Below are positions 18,372-28,121 of a stretch of 64,000 nt of DNA, one piece after another. The notes under the pieces are model-generated. The model was given only the letters and a program-made list of their open reading frames with translations. It was not told the origin of the DNA and did no database searches. Location of the stretch: the NCBI GenBank assembly GCA_965223295.1, contig CBDCWC010000002.1:128001-192000 (forward strand), read 5' to 3'. The position numbers and the translations under genes are program-made. Within the stretch, counting starts at the first letter, position 1; each line of letters starts with the position of its first letter. The stretch is from Nitrospirales bacterium (lineage in GTDB: Bacteria > Nitrospirota > Nitrospiria > Nitrospirales > UBA8639).

Positions 18372-20696
18372 ATGGAGTTACAGCCTCAGGAATGGTTGCA
18401 GACGATTCGAGAAGAATATCTCCAACGATTTGTTGGACAGGGTGGTTCGTCCGTCAAATTTGTCGTCACGCCTTCTGATTCTGATCGAACTCAGGTTCAA
18501 GAACGCTTGGTCTCCCTGGCTGAAAGGGAACATTATGCCAGTGTGAGTGTTGATGCCAAGGAGACAAAAATTCATATGATGGATAAGTTCTTCCATCAAG
18601 TGGCGCGCCGGGTTCCGTGGGATGAGTTAGCGGCACAATTTGTCCGGCGGTTGCTTCAAGAAAATGGTTACCAGATTCCAGAAGGCAAAGAAGATTTCTG
18701 TATGGCCGGAGTGGCTCGGATGAATGAACGTGCCGAACCCCTGTTGCGGCGCGATTTGAATAGCTGGTTAGAACGAGCGATTTATCGTGATACTCATATG
18801 TGTCAAGAATTTCGGATGGCCATGATTCGCCTTTGCTTGGGACAATTAGATTCTGGGTCTGATAGTTCCTTTATGATTGAACCGATCAAAGCCTGGTTAT
18901 ATGGTGAGTTACGTCAAATTTCCGCAGTGAAAGAAGCCTTGATTTTTCAAAAAATTGTCAGAACCAATGCCCGGTACATGTTTGCATCCTTGTCCCGCTG
19001 GCTGCGTGTCGTTGGAAAAACTGGTCTCGTGGTGTCACTGGATTTAAGCCGATGCTTAGAAAGTAAAAAGCCCGAATCTCCAGAAGGCTTCTACTACGGA
19101 GTCTCCGCGACACTTGATGCCTACGAAATGTTGCGGCAGTTTATCGATGGGACAGATGATTTAGAGAGTCTCATGTTGGTGGTCTTTGTTCCTCCGTCAT
19201 TTTTAACAGATGCACGCCGTGGCCTGAATCGTTATGAGGCATTGAAGCTGAGGATCTGGGATGAAGTTCGTGACCGGCAATACCAAAATCCCTTAGGGGC
19301 ACTGATTCACTTGGGTGGTTTTGCCGATGATCAAGAAAACGTGACGGCCCATGAACTATACGAAGAACAGGCTGCCATGGCCAATGGGAATGTGAGCTAT
19401 CAACGCGCAATGGAAGCGTTACGTGCAGGAGTGCCCAATCGGGATGTTGTCAATATCTTGGGCAGTCACCAACCCGATCTAGAGGGGAAATTTCGGCGGT
19501 TGCTCCAAGAAATGGAAACCCAGGCTCCTCAAGGGATTCCTACCAAAGGATTGGTAATTGAAGGGGGGTTTGGAAGCGGAAAATCCCATCTGCTAAAAGC
19601 GTTACAGCATGTAGCGCTTGAGCAAAACTTTGTCTGTAGCCCAATTGTGATTAGTAAGGAAACACCCTTCTATAATGTCGCCACGCTGTTTCGCGCGGCT
19701 ATTACCGATGCGCTTGTTCCTGGTAAACAGGGAGATGCCTTAACCGAAATAGCGGGAGAGTTGAATTTTCAAAGTCCGCAGTATATCGACTTATTTGATT
19801 GGGCGCATCGAAAACAATCTGGCTGTGATTCCCGATTTGCCGCCACGCTCTATTTGTATGAACGGATGATGAATGATCCAGAGCTCAGCCACCGCATGAT
19901 CCGATTTTGGTCAGGAGATCCTTTGAGCAATGGGCAGCTCAAAAAGTATCTCCAGGGTTGTGCTCCTGAAGAAGAATATGTGTTTGAGAGAGTGTCGGCA
20001 CAGGAGTTGGCTTGGCATCGCTTCCAATTTGTCTCACGCCTGATGATCGCTGCGGGTTACAAGGGTTGGGTCTTGCTTATTGACGAAGCAGAAATTATTG
20101 GCCGTTATTCATTTAAACAACGCACCAAATCCTATGCAGAGGTGGCCCGTTGGATGGGGGTAATGGAAGAAACGGTGTGTCCTGGCATCATGAGTGTGGT
20201 GGCGTTAACCGATGATTTCCAAAGTGTGGTGATGGACGAAAAACAAGACACCAGGAAGATTGAGCAATTATGTCAGGATGGAGAGGCCGTCGGCGGTACC
20301 TATCTGGCGCATTCTGCCCTTCAAGGGATTCGTCTGATTGAGCAAGAGAGTGAGCCGCTTATTCGGCCTTATGAACCGATGGTCGATGCCTTATATGAGC
20401 AACTTCGAGGGCTCCATGGCTCTGCCTATAGCTGGAATCCTCCACCGGTTTCGGCTGTGGAAAAATTGTCCAGTACGCGAATGCGTGAATATGTCAGAGG
20501 CTGGATTACAGAATGGGATTTGCGTCGATTGTATCCCGAAGCTCAGCTCGATATTGAAATTTTAGATGTTTCCCAAACCTATGATGAGGATCAAGAGCTA
20601 GAATCCGCTATCACCGATGACGCAGATAATGTGCAGACCACTGAAGCACAAGAGGCTATGCTTGCCGTTGCCATGGAAAATCAAGCTCCTGTGTGA
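18372..20696 (+). CDS. Tandem BrxD/DUF2791-like P-loop ATPase fusion, paralogue 2
   Basis: Colinear with paralogue 1; GGSSVKF, ALRAGVP, IEGGFGSGKSH, LLIDEAE, acidic tail. Confidence 0.8.
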   Translation: MELQPQEWLQTIREEYLQRFVGQGGSSVKFVVTPSDSDRTQVQERLVSLAEREHYASVSVDAKETKIHMMDKFFHQVARRVPWDELAAQFVRRLLQENGYQIPEGKEDFCMAGVARMNERAEPLLRRDLNSWLERAIYRDTHMCQEFRMAMIRLCLGQLDSGSDSSFMIEPIKAWLYGELRQISAVKEALIFQKIVRTNARYMFASLSRWLRVVGKTGLVVSLDLSRCLESKKPESPEGFYYGVSATLDAYEMLRQFIDGTDDLESLMLVVFVPPSFLTDARRGLNRYEALKLRIWDEVRDRQYQNPLGALIHLGGFADDQENVTAHELYEEQAAMANGNVSYQRAMEALRAGVPNRDVVNILGSHQPDLEGKFRRLLQEMETQAPQGIPTKGLVIEGGFGSGKSHLLKALQHVALEQNFVCSPIVISKETPFYNVATLFRAAITDALVPGKQGDALTEIAGELNFQSPQYIDLFDWAHRKQSGCDSRFAATLYLYERMMNDPELSHRMIRFWSGDPLSNGQLKKYLQGCAPEEEYVFERVSAQELAWHRFQFVSRLMIAAGYKGWVLLIDEAEIIGRYSFKQRTKSYAEVARWMGVMEETVCPGIMSVVALTDDFQSVVMDEKQDTRKIEQLCQDGEAVGGTYLAHSALQGIRLIEQESEPLIRPYEPMVDALYEQLRGLHGSAYSWNPPPVSAVEKLSSTRMREYVRGWITEWDLRRLYPEAQLDIEILDVSQTYDEDQELESAITDDADNVQTTEAQEAMLAVAMENQAPV

Positions 20697-20818
20697 AAGT
20701 CTTGTGTTCGGGCAGTGGTACAGCACGACGTAGATTTTGGGCGTGCGACTCATTCAAACGGTTTTGCCCAACTTCTTCCTGATAACTCTGTCGATAGAGT
20801 AAAAAAGAATGAAAAGCG

Positions 20819-21118
20819 TTATGGCATCGTACTGCCAGGTGGGGGGCCTGATCTGAATGGCCGTTTCTCTTCCAGTGGTCGCGCTTCATTCACCACGAGA
20901 ATTCTCCCTCCTAGATCTGTTCCATTCAGAGCATTGATGGCTTCAGAGGCTTCTTCTTGACTGGACATTTCCACAAACCCAAATCCTCGTGACCGTCCTG
21001 TAAATCGATCGGCTATGACCTTGGCCGAGATCACGGTGCCTTGTGATGCGAAGTGATCGTGCAATTCCTGATCAGTGGTTGAAAAGGGGAGGTTTCCTAC
21101 ATAAAGTTTAGCGCCCAT
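20819..21118 (-). CDS. RRM (RNP-1) RNA-binding protein
   Basis: KLYVGNL (RNP2), RGFGFVEM (RNP1); GGAGG RBS. Confidence 0.95.
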   Translation of the reverse strand: MGAKLYVGNLPFSTTDQELHDHFASQGTVISAKVIADRFTGRSRGFGFVEMSSQEEASEAINALNGTDLGGRILVVNEARPLEEKRPFRSGPPPGSTMP

Positions 21119-21426
21119 CGGTTTCCTCCTAAGGCTATTTCTCGCTCATCCTGTTTGTGTGTTAGCGAAGGGAAACAGGAATGAGAGAGGCTAGATGTAT
21201 GTGGTTCTGAATGATTCGCAGACAGTCGACCCTAGCACTGGATTTCTTACAAATCAACTTCTTGGGCGGGAGAGATTTATGGATATTGCCAGAAGTTCTT
21301 GGCGGTATTGAAGCGTTCTGTCACGAAAATCAGATGCTAAATTTCTGTCAGTATTTATCCGATACTGTTTTCAGAGGAATGCCCTGTTTGAGGGAATGGC
21401 AATTATTCTCAGGTTAGGAAACACTC

Positions 21427-23157
21427 GTGTCGGATGGGACGCTAAACAAAGAAGCACCCTTGCAGGCATATGGCATATGGAGCAAATTTGTAGAGAGCGT
21501 TTTAAGGGGATTGGAATTTCTTTATCAACAGACTATCCCGATATTAACCCTTCTTTTTGGTCTCTGTTTACTGGTGATCTATATTCATATTTCGCAGTTG
21601 AAAACACAAATGGTCGCAACTATTGCCCTCCGGGGTGCTGATACTCATTCCAGGGAATCAAGTGACATGCGTGAGTGGTATTCAATCGAAGCCGTTCAAC
21701 GGCTGCATGTCTTAGGCATTAAAGATTCAGAAGCGTACCGAGAAAAAGAAGGCGCTATTCCTTTGCCTGCGTTGTTAATCCGGAACTTGGGTGGCCAGAT
21801 GTTTTCTGGGAGGCCCGGGGAACGCGTCCGTTTAGTGAGCAAGCATCCGTTCCATCAAGTAGGAGATTCCGAGCAGGTGATGGATTCCTTTCAAGATAAG
21901 GCCTGGACATTTTTAAACCAACATCCTGAGCGGTCTTTTTATCGTGTCGAGCAAGTAGATGGACTTCAATCCCTGCGTTTTGCTACAGCCGCACGTATGC
22001 AGCAAGAGTGCGTCAATTGTCATAATGAGAACGCTGATAGTTTAAAACGTGATTGGCAAGTGGGACAGGTGGGGGGAATAGTAGAAGTCGTCTACCCATT
22101 AGATTCGTTAGAGAAAATCACGAGGATGGACTGGGTCGACTCTTATGGGATGATGGGAGTCTTGGTTCTGCTATGGCTAGGAGGGTTTGGATTAGTTGTG
22201 CTAAAGCTTCGTCGAGTATCCGAAGAGTTAGAAAATCAAGTACGGAATCGGACGTCCGACTTGAATGCCACAAATCGCCAGTTGGAATTGGAAATTTCTG
22301 AACGGCACATAGCGGAAGAGACGCTACGCCAGGCCAGAGATAACCTGGAAAAACGTGTGCAAGAACGAACGGCAAAATTAGCTGCCTCGAATGCCGAAAT
22401 GATCCGAGAAGTGGCCGAGCGGAAAAGGGCCGAAGAAGATATCCGTAAGCTGAATGCGACGCTTCTACAACGTTCTGCGCAATTGGAAGCCAGTAATAAG
22501 GAACTAGAGGCCTTTAGTTACTCCGTCTCTCATGATCTCCGAGCTCCGTTGCGGGGAATTGACGGATTCAGTCAAGCCGTCCTAGAAGACTATGAGGAAA
22601 AATTAGATGAGTCAGGGCGAAATTACTTGAAGCGGGTGCGTGCGGCGAGTCAGCGGATGTCGCAACTCATTGATGCCATGCTGAATTTAGCCCGTTTGAC
22701 TCGAGCGGAAATTCATACGAAAGCCTTTGATATGAGTGTGATCGTAGAGGGAATTTTAGATGATCTACAAAAGCAGGAGCCTGAACGAGAAGTGAAATGT
22801 GTTGTGGCCCGTCATGTATTCGCCACTGCAGATCCGCAACTCATTCGAGCGGTTTTGGAAAATCTCTTAGGTAATGCCTGGAAATTTACTCGACAGCAGC
22901 CCAAGCCTCGGATTGAATTCGGGCATGGTCAGTATAAGGGGCAGGCGGCGTATTTCGTGAAAGACAACGGTGCAGGCTTTGATATGACCTATGCCCACAA
23001 ACTGTTTGGCGCCTTTCAGCGACTGCATGCTTATACAGAGTATCCGGGGGTTGGCGTAGGGTTGGCCACGGTACATCGCATTGTCCAGCGCCATGGAGGA
23101 CAAATTTGGGCAGAGGGCGCAGTCGACAAGGGTGCCAGTTTTCATTTTACATTGTAA
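21427..23157 (+). CDS. Membrane histidine kinase with a periplasmic heme-c (Tll0287/DUF3365-like) domain
   Basis: Two TM segments, CVNCH, SHDLRAPL H-box, NAWKF, DNGAG, GVGVGL. Confidence 0.88.
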   Translation: MSDGTLNKEAPLQAYGIWSKFVESVLRGLEFLYQQTIPILTLLFGLCLLVIYIHISQLKTQMVATIALRGADTHSRESSDMREWYSIEAVQRLHVLGIKDSEAYREKEGAIPLPALLIRNLGGQMFSGRPGERVRLVSKHPFHQVGDSEQVMDSFQDKAWTFLNQHPERSFYRVEQVDGLQSLRFATAARMQQECVNCHNENADSLKRDWQVGQVGGIVEVVYPLDSLEKITRMDWVDSYGMMGVLVLLWLGGFGLVVLKLRRVSEELENQVRNRTSDLNATNRQLELEISERHIAEETLRQARDNLEKRVQERTAKLAASNAEMIREVAERKRAEEDIRKLNATLLQRSAQLEASNKELEAFSYSVSHDLRAPLRGIDGFSQAVLEDYEEKLDESGRNYLKRVRAASQRMSQLIDAMLNLARLTRAEIHTKAFDMSVIVEGILDDLQKQEPEREVKCVVARHVFATADPQLIRAVLENLLGNAWKFTRQQPKPRIEFGHGQYKGQAAYFVKDNGAGFDMTYAHKLFGAFQRLHAYTEYPGVGVGLATVHRIVQRHGGQIWAEGAVDKGASFHFTL

Positions 23158-23185
23158 GTGACAAATACTAACCAGGGAGGCAATC

Positions 23186-23635
23186 ATGACAAACAAACAC
23201 ATTCTTCTAGTTGAAGATCATCCCGATGATGAAGAGCTGACCATGCGTGCGTTAAAGAAAAACAATATTATGAATGAAGTGGTTGTTGCTCGTGACGGAG
23301 TAGAAGCTTTGGAGTATCTATTCGGGACCGGGGCTCATGCTGGAAGAGATATGAATATTATGCCACAGATCATCTTGTTGGACTTGAAATTGCCTAAAAT
23401 TGATGGCTTGGAGGTCTTGCGACGGTTGCGCGCGGATGATCGCACAAAATTTTTGCCAGTCGTTGTGCTCACGTCCTCCAAAGAGGAACAAGATATTGTG
23501 AAAAGCTATCAATTAGGTGCCAATAGCTATGTGCGCAAGCCGGTAGATTTCCAAGAATTTTCTCAAGCGGTTCAGAACTTAGGACTGTATTGGCTTATAT
23601 TGAATGAGTCAGCGCCCGAGCGAGTTCCGGTTTAA
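23186..23635 (+). CDS. Rcp1-like single-domain response regulator
   Basis: [23 protein letters not shown]. Confidence 0.92.
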   Translation: MTNKHILLVEDHPDDEELTMRALKKNNIMNEVVVARDGVEALEYLFGTGAHAGRDMNIMPQIILLDLKLPKIDGLEVLRRLRADDRTKFLPVVVLTSSKEEQDIVKSYQLGANSYVRKPVDFQEFSQAVQNLGLYWLILNESAPERVPV

Positions 23636-23884
23636 TAAATAAGAATCGAGGGAAATTCTGTTTCGAGCTTGTCCTTCCAGATTAGTTGGTTGAAATAGAT
23701 AGCAGTCGGGTGTTTTGCGTCAATAGCTCCGACAAGCCGTCAAATTTTTGGGTCTGTTAGATCGCTGCCAGAATATCCGGTCCCTGTCTCATTGTTGTCT
23801 GCTCCCAGACGACTCTTCCTGTACTTCCGTGGTTTTTTACGTCTCTTTTTTCCGTTGCGGTAGGTTGAAGGGTTCCCTCTTTAT

Positions 23885-23901
23885 CAGGCATATCCCTTGC
23901 T
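23885..23901 (+). promoter_or_regulatory. Sigma54 -24/-12 promoter
   Basis: CAGGCATATCCCTTGCT, GG-N10-GC, about 46 nt before the ATG at 23947. Confidence 0.6.
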
Positions 23902-23946
23902 CCTTCCAAGAAAAAAGTCAATGTTTTTCGATGACGGAGGGATGCC

Positions 23947-24339
23947 ATGAGACGACTTCAGGAAATGGAAAATTCGGAACTTCTTTATTCAGACAAACCG
24001 CGACTACATTCGAGGCGAAAAAAGCATATTGATGGGCTACGGTCGGGATCCTCGAAGAGTGGCAAACATCATAGTGGTGGAGTCGGGCAATGTGCGGAAT
24101 GTGGGGGGGAAGTAAAAGTGCTCGTCTCGCCACGGCGTAACCCACATTCCAGTAAACTGGGTCGGGCCGTTTCCATGAAAGATCATGATTTATGCCGCCG
24201 ATGCTGGCGAAAACTCATGTATCAACAACGGCGTGAAGGAGTCATCATGTTGCCGCGTTCTATGTTTATTGGAGGAAAAAAGTTGCGTACTCGCCTTCTC
24301 ATTCCGACGCCTCCGTCATTACCTAGAGAGGCTTCCTGA
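23947..24339 (+). CDS. Small basic CxxC...CxxC zinc-finger-like protein
   Basis: CAEC and CRRC pairs; GGAGG RBS. Confidence 0.65.
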   Translation: MRRLQEMENSELLYSDKPRLHSRRKKHIDGLRSGSSKSGKHHSGGVGQCAECGGEVKVLVSPRRNPHSSKLGRAVSMKDHDLCRRCWRKLMYQQRREGVIMLPRSMFIGGKKLRTRLLIPTPPSLPREAS

Positions 24340-24400
24340 AAGATATCTCTGGAGCCGCATGGTCTTATAAAGGGATATGTTTGGGAGATAAATTTGATCT

Positions 24401-24967
24401 TTAAGGTGCAGGAACAGGCATCTCTGTCTCTTGAATGAACGCCGATGCGAATGTGCTGTTCTGATACACGACCTTGAGTATCATATTCCCGAATGGACGG
24501 CGGACCACCTTTAACACGACCTGACCATTTTCATACCCTGCTTGGAGTTCTTGCACGTTCTTGTTCAGAAATGCTTGCATCGTCTCATCCGTAAAATCAT
24601 GGGTGAGTTGATAACTATTCCCTAAAATCATTTGAAGTTGCTGGTACCATTCATCATTGTAGCGTCCCATCTCGATGGTAATTTGTGCCAGCTTGGAAGC
24701 GTGGCCAGGAGGTGAGTCAGGCAAGGCCCCCTCGCTAGCGTAGGTGAGGTATAGATAGCGATTTTTATTGGAAAGTTCATAAAGACATTCATGGGCTGTT
24801 GAGCAAGCGGGAAGAGCTTGGATTTCCTGTGGGCTCATGCCAAACTTCAGATCTCGAAATCCATCGATTGGTTCGGCAGCATTGATTGGAGTGCTGTATG
24901 CTAACAGGATGATGGATAGAGTCCCCCAATAGGAAACAAAAGGATTGCTGAAAAGGGTATGATGCAT
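24401..24967 (-). CDS. Secreted hypothetical protein
   Basis: Signal peptide, DGFRDLKFGMS motif. Confidence 0.7.
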   Translation of the reverse strand: MHHTLFSNPFVSYWGTLSIILLAYSTPINAAEPIDGFRDLKFGMSPQEIQALPACSTAHECLYELSNKNRYLYLTYASEGALPDSPPGHASKLAQITIEMGRYNDEWYQQLQMILGNSYQLTHDFTDETMQAFLNKNVQELQAGYENGQVVLKVVRRPFGNMILKVVYQNSTFASAFIQETEMPVPAP

Positions 24968-25164
24968 AGATTCAATTCCTTCTCTAAGAGTAAACCCTCA
25001 CTGAAGAATGTTGCAGGCTGCAACATCGTGTTTATCCAAAAATTCCAACATATCAGACCTAGTCAGGAAAAGGCGATCTTTGGAGAGAAAAATAGGGGCT
25101 TAGAATGCAAGAAAACGTGAGTGTGTAGGGAGCGGAGAGTCGAGTGCTGGCGGAAAAGAAGAAG

Positions 25165-25446
25165 TTAATACGCAGGTTCTTTAATATGCCAATGCAAATC
25201 ATTCATCAGCCACCATGGACGACGATGATAGCCCTTGTCCAACATGCATTGTTCAATGCGTTGTTGGAGTAATTCCTGTTCGATCACTTCTCCCTTAGTC
25301 GCGCGGTTGATTTGCTGGACACATGCGACTTGTTCGTCGGGGGGGGCTTCATGCCCATCTGATTTCATCCAGGTTGAGCGAGAACAACCAAATGACGCAA
25401 CGCATAGTAAGAGTCCAATGGCGATGACAGGTAAAAATGACTTCAT
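25165..25446 (-). CDS. Small lipoprotein
   Basis: Lipobox-like SFGC; C...CMLDKGY. Confidence 0.7.
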   Translation of the reverse strand: MKSFLPVIAIGLLLCVASFGCSRSTWMKSDGHEAPPDEQVACVQQINRATKGEVIEQELLQQRIEQCMLDKGYHRRPWWLMNDLHWHIKEPAY

Positions 25447-25725
25447 AGGGAACTGGGGAATCTAATGAAACGGAGCAGATCCCAAGACTATTTTTAAAAA
25501 TTAAAAACTCTAACGCATTACTCTAACAACCATTATACAGAATATTCCCGTTAATGCCACATCAAAATATAATGGAGATGAATTGCACCCCATACCTTTG
25601 CATATGTTTGTCGACAACGTTTGAAATCAGGCAGACACTGTTGAATAATTCAATGGCTGAGCTGTACCATTTAATAAATGTTCGAAGCAAACTGAGTATT
25701 TACGAAATTCAAATGAAGACCATAT

Positions 25726-25866
25726 GGGCACCTCTAAAAACTGATGATTTTTTCTGAGGGCAAGGAAGCGGCGCGCGGAAAACCGGAGTGTATGGGCCAA
25801 TACATAAGGATTTGAGCACGACGCTGACGCCACCATCGGGGAAAAGGACAGTTTTCAGAGGTTCCC
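25726..25866. mobile_element. MITE (141 bp) with 18-bp imperfect terminal inverted repeats
   Basis: GGGCACCTCTAAAAACTG vs reverse complement GGGAACCTCTGAAAACTG (16/18); flanked by ATAT on both sides. Confidence 0.75.
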
Positions 25867-25947
25867 ATATTAACCTTATGGCTTTTTTGATATATTCTTA
25901 GTGGCGTTCTCCAAGATTGCTCAACCTGATCTAGAGGGGTAGATTCA

Positions 25948-27018
25948 ATGAAGAAAAAGTTTCAAGCCATGACAGTACTGATCTTTTGTGGAATGGTAGG
26001 ATTTCCATCTCCCGTTTCCAGCGTATTGGCCCATGAACTTGACCATAATATGGCGATCGACATGATTCTGGCACATGGAAAGATTGTTCCTAATATCGGG
26101 CCATTGCCGACCGCGATACCACAGCCAGCGGCCAATCTCAACTATGCGGCGAAAATCTCGCTCGGCAAACAGCTGTATTTTGATGGGCGTTTGTCAAAGA
26201 ACAATGCGATTTCTTGTGCATTTTGCCACAATCCTGCAACAGGTTTTGCTGACCCCAAACAGACATCAGTGGGTGTGACGGGGGAGCGGGGAGGACGTCA
26301 GGCACCGACAGTGTATAATACGGCGTTCAATCCTTTTCAATTTTGGGACGGGCGGGCAGGATCCTTAGAAGAGCAAGCTATTGGTCCCATTCATAATCCG
26401 ATTGAAATGGCTGAGACTCATGAAAATGTGGTCAAGAAGTTGAACGAGATTCAAGGGTATCGTGACCAGTTTCAAGCCGTGTTTGGATCCGGTGTGAGTA
26501 TTCAGGGGATTGGAGACGCGATTGCGGCTTACGAGCGAACGGTAATCTCAACGAATTCAGCCTTTGATCAATATGTCTTAGGCGATGAAAAAGCCATGGA
26601 TGAATCCGCCCAACGGGGTTTGTCTGTGTTTAAAGGCAAAGGACGATGTATCCTCTGTCATAATGGTTCGAATTTTACCGACAATCGTTTTCACAACACG
26701 GGCGTACCTCAAGTCGGTCCTCAGAAAGAAGATCTGGGCCGATATTACGTGACTCGACATGATCATGATAAGGGTGCATTTAAAACACCGACTTTGCGAA
26801 GTATTACCGAAACCGCTCCTTATATGCATGACGGAGCTTTTCAGACGTTAGAAGAAGTGGTTGATTTTTACAATGCAGGAGGAAAGGCAAATTCTCAATT
26901 AAGCGCCTTGATAAAACCCCTGGGGCTTTCTTCTCAGGAAAAAACAGATTTGATCGAATTTCTCAAGGCCCTAACCGGGGAACCTCTTCCTTTCGAGTTT
27001 CCAGCGTTGCCTGAATAA
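25948..27018 (+). CDS. Diheme cytochrome c peroxidase/MauG superfamily protein
   Basis: Signal peptide, CAFCH and CILCH, QFWDGR, FKTPTLR, PYMHDG. Confidence 0.92.
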   Translation: MKKKFQAMTVLIFCGMVGFPSPVSSVLAHELDHNMAIDMILAHGKIVPNIGPLPTAIPQPAANLNYAAKISLGKQLYFDGRLSKNNAISCAFCHNPATGFADPKQTSVGVTGERGGRQAPTVYNTAFNPFQFWDGRAGSLEEQAIGPIHNPIEMAETHENVVKKLNEIQGYRDQFQAVFGSGVSIQGIGDAIAAYERTVISTNSAFDQYVLGDEKAMDESAQRGLSVFKGKGRCILCHNGSNFTDNRFHNTGVPQVGPQKEDLGRYYVTRHDHDKGAFKTPTLRSITETAPYMHDGAFQTLEEVVDFYNAGGKANSQLSALIKPLGLSSQEKTDLIEFLKALTGEPLPFEFPALPE

Positions 27019-27087
27019 GAGTTTTAAAGTGTGGAACCTATCGAACGAATCTCATTGCCGAAAAATTAGAAAGACGTGAAGAAGGCG

Positions 27088-27957
27088 TTAGAGACTATGC
27101 ACAAAGGCGGGACTGATTTCTCCTCGAGCCACTTCGGTTACTGGTCCCTTCATCGTGACATGATATTGAGGGTCTACGGTAATCAGGAGCGTCCCGCCAG
27201 GGGCTTTAACTGTCACAGGGCTTTTGACAAGGCCTAATCGCACCCCTGCACAGGCGGCGGCGCATGCTGACGAACCTGAGGCCTGGGTTTCTCCGGCGCC
27301 ACGTTCCCAAATCAGGATGGAGATGGCTTTTGGGCCAATGGGAACGGCCAGTTGGACGTTCGTCCGTTTGGGGAAAATGGTGTGATTTTCAAGTTCAGGC
27401 CCGATTTCCAGCAAATCTTTCCGAGACCAACGTTGTTCCTCATGTTTCTTGTAGACTACACAATGAGGATTGCCGATACTGACACCCGTAAATCGAAGAG
27501 ATTGTTCGGCCGCTTTGACGGGTTGCTGAATAAGTTCGGGTACGCGGAGAGTACAGGGTAGGGCAATGGGCTGAAAGATGGCTTGCCCCATATCCACGGT
27601 CGCGCCTCCGATAAAGCCATGGCCATTGAGTTCTAAGTGGACCTCAACCAATCCACCTTTCGTTTCTACCGTAAAGTGTTTTTTCCTGGTGTACTTCATG
27701 TGGAAGAGGTAACAGCCAAAAATCCGCAACCCATTCCCTGACTTTTCCGCTTCACTGCCGTCAGGATTATAAATCCGAAGACCAAAATCCGCTTTTTTGG
27801 AAGGAACAAGTGCCAAAATTCCGTCACTGCCAATGCCCCAATTCCGATCACACAAGGCCCGAATCGTGCGGGGAGTCAATTTGAACGATAATTTGCCTGG
27901 ATTGAGGGCAATATAGTCGTTGCCCAAGCCATGCCCCTTAAAAAAATGATTTTTCAT
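27088..27957 (-). CDS. dapF: Diaminopimelate epimerase (catalytic Cys positions read as Ser)
   Basis: KGHGLGNDY, NPDGSEAEKSGNGLR, GNPHCV, WERGAGETQASGS. Confidence 0.85.
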   Translation of the reverse strand: MKNHFFKGHGLGNDYIALNPGKLSFKLTPRTIRALCDRNWGIGSDGILALVPSKKADFGLRIYNPDGSEAEKSGNGLRIFGCYLFHMKYTRKKHFTVETKGGLVEVHLELNGHGFIGGATVDMGQAIFQPIALPCTLRVPELIQQPVKAAEQSLRFTGVSIGNPHCVVYKKHEEQRWSRKDLLEIGPELENHTIFPKRTNVQLAVPIGPKAISILIWERGAGETQASGSSACAAACAGVRLGLVKSPVTVKAPGGTLLITVDPQYHVTMKGPVTEVARGEISPAFVHSL

Positions 27958-28121
27958 GCCTACTCCGCCGTGGAATGAGTATTTGCCAGGAGAGGACCTT
28001 CCTGAGATCAGTCCTGGCTTTTCGGTAGGACCTGAATTATACGTAAAAAAGACAAAAGAGGAAAGTCCTAATTCCTTGCAGCGGAAGAATTGCGCTAGGA
28101 GAGGGGGTAGAAGATCGTGCT

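Noticed and set aside
15041-20696. Calling the locus a canonical BREX or Shango system
   Set aside because: No pglX, pglZ, brxC, helicase or TerB-like gene is adjacent or anywhere in the window.
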